IMG/VR virus record: IMGVR_UViG_3300032212_000708 | Location: 1-29,759 of that record | Reading direction: 5' to 3' (one strand) | Length of the DNA: 29,759 nt | Source of the DNA: a virus | Lineage: Duplodnaviria > Caudoviricetes | Part shown: positions 1 to 7,390 of the stretch, piece after piece | Layout: every line of letters begins with the position of its first letter | Position numbering within the stretch: the first letter of the stretch is position 1 | The notes under the pieces: generated by a model | Told to the model about the DNA's origin: nothing | Database searches by the model: none | What the model saw: only the letters and a program-made list of their open reading frames with translations | Position numbers and translations under genes: made by a program

Positions 1-423
1 TAAAATATCCTGATCAATCCCTGAAAAGCGTGTGCCCAGATCGCCCGTGAAGGTTCCGACCAGATCCGCCAGATTACCGGTGAAGCCGTTCAACAGAGCA
101 CTGTGGCTTTGTGTGACATCGTTGGCGGTCTGTTGGGCTGTTTGGATGTCCTGAACATTTGCGGCAATTATCAGATCCGCTGAGTCCAGTTGGGCTTGAA
201 GGGTCGCGACCAGAGAGCCTGGGTTGCTCGGATCCAATTCCCCTGTGATGTCTGCAACTTCACTGACCACGGACGCCTGATCGGATTGGATGGTGCGTAC
301 TGCGCGCTGGTATAAATCAAGTTCATCAACGCGCACTGCCCGCATTCTACCGTTTCCGACATGCCCGGACAGCACGTCAAGGGCCTCTCTGTGCCTTGCG
401 GTAAAGGCGTCGCGGCCCGGCAT
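1..423 (-). CDS. Putative tail/tail-fibre protein, N-terminal part (truncated by window edge)
   Basis: Not in the ORF track. ATG at 423, 2 nt after the stop of the 526-aa gene, open to base 1: MPGRDAFTARHREALDVLSGHVGNGRMRAVRVDELD... followed by heptad-like sequence. Position follows the nozzle gene. Confidence 0.6.
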   Translation of the reverse strand, partial: MPGRDAFTARHREALDVLSGHVGNGRMRAVRVDELDLYQRAVRTIQSDQASVVSEVADITGELDPSNPGSLVATLQAQLDSADLIIAANVQDIQTAQQTANDVTQSHSALLNGFTGNLADLVGTFTGDLGTRFSGIDQDIL

Positions 424-425
424 AG

Positions 426-2006
426 CTAGGCTGCCCCTTGAGCGAGTTCGTCCATGGACGTTGCCAAGGAAATTGCAGAAACGGCAACGTCGCCCCGGAT
501 CTCGAACTCAATCCGCTCCCACCAGCCGGTCGGCACGCGTACTGCTGAATTTATCTCTGTAATTGTGTGGATGACTGCACCATCGGCGATGATATCGCAG
601 GCGAAAGTCTCGGGATCATTTGTCAGCGAACCCTCGACTTTCGCGCAGGAGAAGGTATGTGGACTTGGAAGGTCGAATACTTTTGAGCGCCATGTCATCT
701 GCTGGAACGTGGTCTGATCAAGCGCATCCCATTCATGGACCTGGAGCGTTCCGGTTTTGAGAAGATAGAGCTTCCCAGACTCTACATCCGTGAAATAGCT
801 GTCCGCCTGGGTATTGTGCACCATGAAGTAGGGCTGTGTGCCGCTGAGATCGATGATGCCGGTTTTCGCGGAACTGGTCTTGTGGGCTCCGGCGAAGGAG
901 AACACATACCGGCCTTCATATCGACCGGCCACCATGGAATTGCCGACCAACAGACCCTGCCATTGTTCGCGAGTAAACAGAGGTTTGGTGACGACCTGAG
1001 CGCCGGTTGCGGTAATTGTCACCAGCCCCTCCGTTGACGGATAGGCCGCGGCATAGCCAAGATCGACGACGCCGTGCGGGTCGAGGCAGGGAAGGTTCTG
1101 CTCGATCTTTTGAAGGGATACGTTGTCAGGATGTGTGCCTTGACCGATATAAGGTGTTCCTTCGGTCAGCACCGCAAAACTTGACCCGAACGCCACAATT
1201 GCGACGATGTTATAATCGGTGAACAGATCGTATTTCGCGGGCCAGGCGTGCGGCTGGTACGGCTCGCAGAAATAAAGCGCCTTGCCATCGAAACCGACCA
1301 TCATCCCGTTGGGCAGCGTTGTCAGACCTTGCAGGGCGTCGCTGGGCGTCGTGAAATCGGCGGTCGCGATGGCTTCCATCGTCGGCCAGAGGGCGATGTC
1401 GTGATCCCAGCTATTGTCCGGCGTGATCTCTGCGATGAAATAGAGATCGGTAACGCCAAGCGCAGAGGTTTCAGAGCGATAAAGCCGCAGTTTGGTGATG
1501 TTCCGGCCAACCGGAGGCACCTCCAAAGCGGATAGGCGAATTACCCCGCTTGACCATTCCACCGATGCCGATTCCGACGGCGCGCTTTCCTCGCCATAGG
1601 CGGTCACGAATGTGTAGGCGTAGACGATTGTCTCCTTGGTGTCCGGGTCCGGCGCGGTGAGTGCCTGAAGCGTTGGCGGGTTGATCGGCGCCGGAAGCGC
1701 GAGGTTATACCAGACCGCGTCTGCGTACATTTTCGGTACGCCGTCGCCAGCCACATAGAGACGATCTGTGGCCACAGGGCCGGGTGCCGCCCGAACGTAG
1801 CCATTCCAGCCCATCCATGTGCCGTTGTGCAGGTAGATGGACTTCGCGCTTAAGAGAAAAGTGTTCACGAGCTGGTTGGACCGCATGGGGCCGATGGCGC
1901 CATCTTCCAGCCGTGAATTCACGGCACTTTGGGCATAATTGTCCGGCAGCAGACGGGCGAGTCTGCGTGGAATTTCGCCCTTGAAATCGTTGATCCTGAT
2001 AAGCAT
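426..2006 (-). CDS. Podovirus tail nozzle / DNA stabilisation protein (tail tubular protein B-like)
   Basis: 526 aa, beta-rich. N-terminus IRINDFKGEIPRRLARLLPDNYAQSAVN and YAYTFVTAYGEESAPS resemble podovirus stabilisation proteins; lies after the adaptor genes. Confidence 0.7.
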   Translation of the reverse strand: MLIRINDFKGEIPRRLARLLPDNYAQSAVNSRLEDGAIGPMRSNQLVNTFLLSAKSIYLHNGTWMGWNGYVRAAPGPVATDRLYVAGDGVPKMYADAVWYNLALPAPINPPTLQALTAPDPDTKETIVYAYTFVTAYGEESAPSESASVEWSSGVIRLSALEVPPVGRNITKLRLYRSETSALGVTDLYFIAEITPDNSWDHDIALWPTMEAIATADFTTPSDALQGLTTLPNGMMVGFDGKALYFCEPYQPHAWPAKYDLFTDYNIVAIVAFGSSFAVLTEGTPYIGQGTHPDNVSLQKIEQNLPCLDPHGVVDLGYAAAYPSTEGLVTITATGAQVVTKPLFTREQWQGLLVGNSMVAGRYEGRYVFSFAGAHKTSSAKTGIIDLSGTQPYFMVHNTQADSYFTDVESGKLYLLKTGTLQVHEWDALDQTTFQQMTWRSKVFDLPSPHTFSCAKVEGSLTNDPETFACDIIADGAVIHTITEINSAVRVPTGWWERIEFEIRGDVAVSAISLATSMDELAQGAA

Positions 2007-2028
2007 TCGGGTTCCGTTAGATGGCGCT

Positions 2029-2700
2029 TTAGAACATGTTCAGTTTTGTCCGAACCCTTGCCTGCTGCTGACCCTTGATGCCCTGTGTGAACGCATTGTT
2101 GCAGGCTGCTTCAAAGCGGGCCAGGTAGAACCCCGCGAGCTTCGGGTCTGTGAAGGGCTGATCTTTGATCAGCAGCAGACGCGACAGGGCACCAAAAGCG
2201 ATGATCTCCGCGCTTTGGACAAAGATGTACTCGGGCACGACGTTCTGCGTGTCCTGGAGTTGCACGCCGGGCGTGACGCCGCCGAATTCGGAACCAGACC
2301 TGGGTTTCAGAAACAGCGTCAGATCGAGCGTGCCGGTTTTGAACGGGATTACGGCAACTTGGTTGGGCGATGTTTGCGTGATGTAGATTGGCGGACCGAA
2401 TTCTCCATCGGTCGCGGCGCGGGTGGTTTCGTCTATGCTCGAAAACTGCGTTGGGATCAGCGGCTGGCCATCAAAGCTGGCTGTTTCGATCACATGGATG
2501 GTTGCATAGGAAGGCGCGACAATGGCGTCGTCGTTGGTGACGATCGCCTGTTCTGTGATGTGGCGCCAGGCGCGTGTGCGCTCGCACCACTCAATCGCCG
2601 CAAGCCGCAGGTTTTGGATCGCCACCGGATCAGGACACCCGATAGCGAGAGGCGTAACGAGCGGCAGAAAGTCTTTCAGGGCGCGCGTTGGGATCGGCAT
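2029..2700 (-). CDS. Phage head-tail adaptor / tail tubular protein A-like
   Basis: 223 aa; FLPLVTPLAIGCPDPVAIQNLRLAAIEWCERT and IAFGALSRLL..QPFTDPKLA motifs; structural gene context. Confidence 0.65.
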   Translation of the reverse strand: MPIPTRALKDFLPLVTPLAIGCPDPVAIQNLRLAAIEWCERTRAWRHITEQAIVTNDDAIVAPSYATIHVIETASFDGQPLIPTQFSSIDETTRAATDGEFGPPIYITQTSPNQVAVIPFKTGTLDLTLFLKPRSGSEFGGVTPGVQLQDTQNVVPEYIFVQSAEIIAFGALSRLLLIKDQPFTDPKLAGFYLARFEAACNNAFTQGIKGQQQARVRTKLNMF

Positions 2701-2718
2701 TTCGGTTGTGCGCCCTTT

Positions 2719-3429
2719 TTACGAGTTGGGTTGCGAACCCGACTTGTTGACGGTTGTCTCAGCGTCGGTCTGGCGTTGAATTCCGAGTGCCCGGTCAAAC
2801 AGTTGCTGGTGCTGGACAGCCCGCTGCGAGTTTCCGGCGATTGCCATGTCTTTGGAGAAGGCGCGCACGAGGATATAGTCGACCAGGGCCGCGCGGAACT
2901 GATCCGGCACCGAAACGGCCAGGGCGGCGTAGGACTCGATGTCCAGGGGGTTTGCCGGTTCGGCGAGATCTGTGGGCATCACAGTGACAAGTGCCTCGAT
3001 CACTCCAAATCCGGTGTTGCCTGGCACCACATAGAATTCTCGCGGTGCGGCCATGTCCTGGATGACGTGGTTCACGTCTACGCTATAGGCCAGAACAGTC
3101 GGATCCTGCCAGCCCGGCATCTGCGCATTCATCAGATCCGCGCTGATCGGCGTGATCGCCGACTTGCCGACCCGAGGGGCCAGACCCGCCGCGGTGAGAT
3201 TTCGTGTCACGCGCCACAGGTTCAGGTGATCAGCTGCAAGAGTTTGCAGCGTGCCTACGTCAAGGGCAATTTCAACAAATTCTGTGACCTCGTTTGGTTT
3301 GAGGTTCACGATTTCGCGCACGCCGTCGTTGAGCCATTTCAGCAGTTCAATCAGCGGCCAGCGAACCAGACCGCCATCCTGAAGGATGGTGCTCGCGCGC
3401 TGCATGATTTCCTTGGCATAAAGTGCCAT
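2719..3429 (-). CDS. Phage adaptor protein (DUF6682-like)
   Basis: 236 aa; RASTILQD..VRWPLIELLKWLNDG and ALVDYILVRAFSKD motifs typical of podovirus adaptor proteins. Confidence 0.7.
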   Translation of the reverse strand: MALYAKEIMQRASTILQDGGLVRWPLIELLKWLNDGVREIVNLKPNEVTEFVEIALDVGTLQTLAADHLNLWRVTRNLTAAGLAPRVGKSAITPISADLMNAQMPGWQDPTVLAYSVDVNHVIQDMAAPREFYVVPGNTGFGVIEALVTVMPTDLAEPANPLDIESYAALAVSVPDQFRAALVDYILVRAFSKDMAIAGNSQRAVQHQQLFDRALGIQRQTDAETTVNKSGSQPNS

Positions 3430-3468
3430 GCGTCACATCCTTCAGAATTAAAAAATCTCTGGACGCGG

Positions 3469-3972
3469 CTACGCACCCAGGATCTTTTTGATGATCGTCT
3501 TTTCGGTGGCGGCGGGGTGCGGCGGCTTCCCGAATGCGGCCAGATGTGCGCTGATCAGTTCTTCTTCGCTCATCGCGAGAAGCTTTTCCTCGCTCGGCTT
3601 CGCCAATTCTTCGGCGGGTGTATCCTGCGCCGGTTCGGGAGCGGCGACAGGCTGTGGTTCAGGTTCGGGCGTCGGTGCCTGCGTTGGAGATGTATCCACC
3701 GTTTCTGACGGCGGCGCAGGTGTCGGGACAGGCGTCGGAGCAACCGGTGCTGCGACGACCTGTCCATACGTCGGTTCGGAAACGGCGACAGGCGCGTCAT
3801 CTTCGCCGTCGTAGATGTCGTATGCGGCGATGGCGAGCAGCGACTTCAGATGCTTTTTGTCTTCGACATCGCAGACGTGGTCGCCTGCCTTGTTGGGCAA
3901 AAAGGAATATGAGGTTGTACCCAATGTGACGGTGGTGCCGTTTGGCCGAATACGTTTGCATTGCAGAAGCAT
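3469..3972 (-). CDS. Virion-module protein with Pro/Glu-rich linker and small C-terminal helical domain
   Basis: 167 aa: globular N-terminus, PAPE-rich linker, C-terminal SEEELISAHLAAFGKPPHPAATEKTIIKKIL (HeH/Rho-N-like by eye). Confidence 0.6.
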   Translation of the reverse strand: MLLQCKRIRPNGTTVTLGTTSYSFLPNKAGDHVCDVEDKKHLKSLLAIAAYDIYDGEDDAPVAVSEPTYGQVVAAPVAPTPVPTPAPPSETVDTSPTQAPTPEPEPQPVAAPEPAQDTPAEELAKPSEEKLLAMSEEELISAHLAAFGKPPHPAATEKTIIKKILGA

Positions 3973-4002
3973 GATGTGTCCCTTTGACGTTTGTGACTGG
4001 CC

Positions 4003-4026
4003 GAACCCGGCGCGATGGCCGGGTTC
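4003..4026 (-). terminator. Intergenic stem-loop (possible terminator or mRNA-stability hairpin)
   Basis: Perfect 9-bp inverted repeat GAACCCGGC-gcgatg-GCCGGGTTC just downstream of the 147-aa gene; no clear U-tract. Confidence 0.4.
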
Positions 4027-4032
4027 TCGCTC

Positions 4033-4476
4033 CTATTCGTAGTAGGTGATGACCAGGTGCAGCCTCTTCGCTGCACCGGCCGCGACATCGGCGGACAGGG
4101 TCGCGCCCAGCGGGCGATGCACTGCACTGTCGGGGGCCAGATTGAGGCAGGCCAGCGCGGTCGCATTTTGCTCGGTGTCATTGACGCTCACTGCGTTGAA
4201 CAGTTCGTTGCCAACAATCCGCGCATCATCGACAACGCCCTCGATGCCGGACATCAGGCCAACCGTGGCGGTGTTGATACCCAGACCCTCGCCGATAACG
4301 GTGGCAGAGTGCAGTTGGGCGGTCGCCGGCAGTGTTCCGAACTCGATTTTGTCGGTGGCGGCGGTGAAGGCGGCGTCAAACGCGTAAGTGTAGGTCACAG
4401 AAGCCAGCGCACCGGAGGTCAAAGTACCCGGTGGAGTGGCTTTGCGTTTGGCGTATTTGGTCTGGAAAAGGGGCAT
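4033..4476 (-). CDS. Putative capsid decoration/cement protein
   Basis: 147 aa, Ala/Gly/Thr-rich and beta-rich, immediately downstream of the major capsid gene. Confidence 0.6.
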   Translation of the reverse strand: MPLFQTKYAKRKATPPGTLTSGALASVTYTYAFDAAFTAATDKIEFGTLPATAQLHSATVIGEGLGINTATVGLMSGIEGVVDDARIVGNELFNAVSVNDTEQNATALACLNLAPDSAVHRPLGATLSADVAAGAAKRLHLVITYYE

Positions 4477-4509
4477 TTCGGGATCCTCTGAATTTCAGGT
4501 TCTGTGTGG

Positions 4510-4535
4510 CGGGTGAGCCATGACAGGCTCACCCG
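4510..4535 (-). terminator. Stem-loop downstream of major capsid gene
   Basis: Perfect 10-bp inverted repeat CGGGTGAGCC-atgaca-GGCTCACCCG 11 nt past the capsid stop; no U-tract. Confidence 0.5.
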
Positions 4536-4546
4536 GATCGTTCGGT

Positions 4547-5647
4547 TTATGCGTCTTCAGGGTTCTTGGCGTGGGTGTCGATCGCCATGACCCCGAAGGC
4601 GGAGCCATTGAACACCGTCTTTTTCATGCCGACGATGCAACCCGCAACGACCGTGGGCTCGTTGCCATAGTCCTTGCTTTCTTCCTTCCACATGAAGCGC
4701 TGTCCGCCCGGTGTGCCATATGCGACGACGGCTGCCTGGCGCCCCATGAACAGAGCGCGTGAGGCCGGGAGGTTGGCACCAGCGCCATAATTGCTGAACC
4801 GAACAACGGCTTCGTGCGAGTGCAAAATCACGTTGTTGATCATGCCCAGGCCACCGGCGAACAGCTTGTTGTTGCCACCTGCGCGCCCGGCGTCGCGCTG
4901 AATTTCAGCCCATCCCGTCGATCCGACTTCCATGCGCAGATCGTGTTCCTGGAAGGGAGACATCACGGTCACGAAGCGCTTTTCGCCTTTCACCGTGACC
5001 GGCGCCATGTTGGTCGAATTCGGATCTAGTGCCCGGATCATGCGCGACTTGGTCACGGCGCGTTCGATGATTTCGCGGTTGAACACGTCCGCCGCGGTGA
5101 TTTCGTTGGCCGCTTGTGCCGCGCCGCCAAACATGTGGTGGCCTGCGTCGGGAGGCTGCAAAGCATTGCCTGCGTGGCCGGTGAAATCAGTGTCTTCCTT
5201 GAAATCTTCATTGATGCCGCGCGCGCCCGCCAGGTACATGAACATCAGTTCGTCCAGATAGTCTTTCCAGTATTCGGAAAGGCGGTCGCGCGCCGTCTTG
5301 CGCAGATCGTGCGCGGTGCGCTTGCGGGTCATTTTGCCACCGGCGGAAACCGGGTGGCGGATCTGATCGATGATGACTTCATCTGAGAAGAACCGCAGGG
5401 TTTCTTCCTTGCCCTCGACCTTTTCATCGCCGCGCGTCGGCGCCTGTTTCAGCTGAACGGACAGATCGAAGGAGACGCGGTCGCCAGTATCGGACTGCAA
5501 TTCCGTCTTCTGTTCGATGATGTTGTTGGGGCCTTTACCGATGAACCGCTGGGTGAAGTAGCTTTGACGGTTGACATCGACGGCCAGGGTGGAGGACCAG
5601 GCTTTCTGAGCCTTTGGGTCGCCCCACGGGATGATTGTCTGAGACAT
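4547..5647 (-). CDS. Major capsid protein, N4-gp56 family (DUF4043-like)
   Basis: 366 aa; GDRVSFDLSVQL, GDEKVEGKEETL..FSDEVIIDQIRHPV..GGKMTRKRTAHDLR, RALFMGRQA, WKEESKDYGN motifs; GGAG RBS at 5658-5655. Confidence 0.92.
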   Translation of the reverse strand: MSQTIIPWGDPKAQKAWSSTLAVDVNRQSYFTQRFIGKGPNNIIEQKTELQSDTGDRVSFDLSVQLKQAPTRGDEKVEGKEETLRFFSDEVIIDQIRHPVSAGGKMTRKRTAHDLRKTARDRLSEYWKDYLDELMFMYLAGARGINEDFKEDTDFTGHAGNALQPPDAGHHMFGGAAQAANEITAADVFNREIIERAVTKSRMIRALDPNSTNMAPVTVKGEKRFVTVMSPFQEHDLRMEVGSTGWAEIQRDAGRAGGNNKLFAGGLGMINNVILHSHEAVVRFSNYGAGANLPASRALFMGRQAAVVAYGTPGGQRFMWKEESKDYGNEPTVVAGCIVGMKKTVFNGSAFGVMAIDTHAKNPEDA

Positions 5648-5780
5648 ATCAGGACTCCAAATGGTGGTGTTAAACCAACATTAGGCACGTCCTGCGCCAG
5701 CATGTGATCGGCTGTAGTGGCTGTTGCTTACCATATCTCGGGTAGCCTGTGAAGATCGACTACCAGAGATGGTGGTTATA
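5648..5780 (-). promoter_or_regulatory. Structured 5' leader of capsid gene with candidate CsrA sites
   Basis: On the mRNA: a long imperfect stem-loop (5776-5730), a GGCGC-AGGAC-GUGCC hairpin with GGA in the loop (5698-5684), a small hairpin (5681-5661), and a GGAG Shine-Dalgarno (5658-5655). Confidence 0.5.
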
Positions 5781-5966
5781 TCATCCGTCTTTTGGGATGA
5801 TACGCTGCGGTTGCGGCGCTGCCGCACTTCCTTCGCGCACGATATCCAGTTCGTTTGGGGCGGCAATGCCAATGCTGATCGTCCCGCTTTGCGTTTTTTT
5901 TATCAGCAACTCAATATCGTTGCCGATGTAGACGCGCTCGCCAATTTTGGCTTTTACAAAGAGCAT
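5781..5966 (-). CDS. csrA: CsrA/RsmA-like RNA-binding protein
   Basis: 61 aa; MLFVKAKIGERVYIGNDIELLIKKTQSGTISIGIAAPNELDIVRE aligns without gaps to the CsrA pattern (ML....GE...IG..I.........IGI.AP....V.REE), with Arg at position 44. Confidence 0.8.
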   Translation of the reverse strand: MLFVKAKIGERVYIGNDIELLIKKTQSGTISIGIAAPNELDIVREGSAAAPQPQRIIPKDG

Positions 5967-6003
5967 CGAGAAATCCCGTCATGGCAAGCGCGCAGTCGCA
6001 GTT

Positions 6004-7041
6004 TCAGTCGTGATCCATCGAGGCGTACATGTCTCGTTCCTCATCGGACATGTTTGCGAGCGCTGCCTCGATGGCGTCGCTATCTGTGCCTGACAGCACG
6101 GACAGGAACGCCCCGAATTTCCCATCACCGGGCGGTGTAGCGGCAGCGGCCGGGATCGTAGCAACTGTTTTGGGCGGTTCAGGCGTCGCGGCATCCGGAT
6201 TGGGCGGCTTTACCGCATCTTCGGCTGGGGCAGGTTGCGCCGCAGGGGCCGGATCGGGGTCGGTGGCGGGTGTTGGAACAGGATCGGGCGGCGGGGTGCC
6301 TGCACGCCAGTCAGGCACGTCGAGGCCCAGGAAATCAGCATCTGCGTGAAGGCGGGCGTGTGCCATTTGCAGCTTCTTCGCCATCGGAAGCCCTTGAATC
6401 GCTGGATCCGGTGACCCAGTGACCTCTCGTACGCGTGCATCGAATGCCTGGATCTGCGCATCGTCTTTCAGCGACGGATATTTCTCGAAATAACTGCCGA
6501 CCTCTCTTTCCCAGCGCTCGGTGAACGCTGTCACCTTTTGCTCGGCAACGGCGCGATCAGCGGTCGCCTGGGCGATGGCAGTGGTTAGTTCGCCACTTTG
6601 CGTGAAAAAGTCATCGTCCTCGATATCACCGTCTTTTAGCTTGTTTTGGAGGTCGGCGACCTTGGCTTTCAGATCGTTCAATTCGTTATCAAAACTTGCG
6701 AGCGAGGGTGGCGGGGCTTCGGCTTCGGGGGCAGGGGCAGATTCTGGCGTAGTTTCCGCCGGCACCGGGTCTGGGTCGGCAGACTCTGCTTTTTCTGGAG
6801 CCGCTTCTGTGTCTGGCGCGGCGGTCGCCGGTTCCGGTTCTTTCGGTTCACCGGTTTCAAGATTCAGGCCAAGGGCTTCGGTTTCTTCGTCTGTCAGGGA
6901 GGCGAAGTCGTCAGGGCCATATGGCTGCGCGACATCTGCACCTGGCCGGATTTCCGGGGTGCTATCTTCTGCGGGCGCTGCGGTGGCCTCGCGATCGGCA
7001 ACAACGGTGTCGTCAACATCTGTTTCGGTAATCGGTGGCAT
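6004..7041 (-). CDS. Capsid scaffolding protein
   Basis: 345 aa, very acidic, Pro/Ala-rich with a central coiled coil; C-terminus AIEAALANMSDEERDMY; lies between portal and capsid. Confidence 0.75.
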   Translation of the reverse strand: MPPITETDVDDTVVADREATAAPAEDSTPEIRPGADVAQPYGPDDFASLTDEETEALGLNLETGEPKEPEPATAAPDTEAAPEKAESADPDPVPAETTPESAPAPEAEAPPPSLASFDNELNDLKAKVADLQNKLKDGDIEDDDFFTQSGELTTAIAQATADRAVAEQKVTAFTERWEREVGSYFEKYPSLKDDAQIQAFDARVREVTGSPDPAIQGLPMAKKLQMAHARLHADADFLGLDVPDWRAGTPPPDPVPTPATDPDPAPAAQPAPAEDAVKPPNPDAATPEPPKTVATIPAAAATPPGDGKFGAFLSVLSGTDSDAIEAALANMSDEERDMYASMDHD

Positions 7042-7112
7042 TGGTTTATCCTCGCATAGGTTCTGGTGAGTCTCGCCGATGTTGTTCCGCAGCGAGACTT
7101 GGGTTGTTCTCG

Positions 7113-7343
7113 TCAGGAGTCGGTGATGCCGTCTTTCGGAATGTACGGACCGCCTATGCGAGCGATCTTTTTCAGATGATTTCGCAGGCTTGAGGGGCCA
7201 TCTTGCAGGTGCCTCTTCGCAAGAGCCTTGTCGGTTGCGGTGTCGATACCGCCTGCATCGTTTGGCACCGCGTCAATCATCGCGACAAGCTGATCGCAAA
7301 TGCCTTCGAATTGTTCCTCAAGCGTAGGCGTGGATTTCGTCAT
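7113..7343 (-). CDS. Hypothetical protein
   Basis: 76 aa with AGGAG RBS, filling the gap between portal and scaffold. Confidence 0.65.
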   Translation of the reverse strand: MTKSTPTLEEQFEGICDQLVAMIDAVPNDAGGIDTATDKALAKRHLQDGPSSLRNHLKKIARIGGPYIPKDGITDS

Positions 7344-7390
7344 GGTCGTATCTCCTGTTCAGGGTCTCTGGTTTGCGGTCGGTTTCCTGC

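Noticed and set aside
1939-3708. 589-aa + strand ORF
   Set aside because: Antisense shadow of three well-formed structural genes; Arg/Gly-rich, no motifs, no RBS.
6180-6320. Pro/Ala-rich low-complexity tracts in scaffold (also portal C-terminus, 3600-3790 and 20030-20260)
   Set aside because: Ordinary disordered linkers without exact DNA periodicity.
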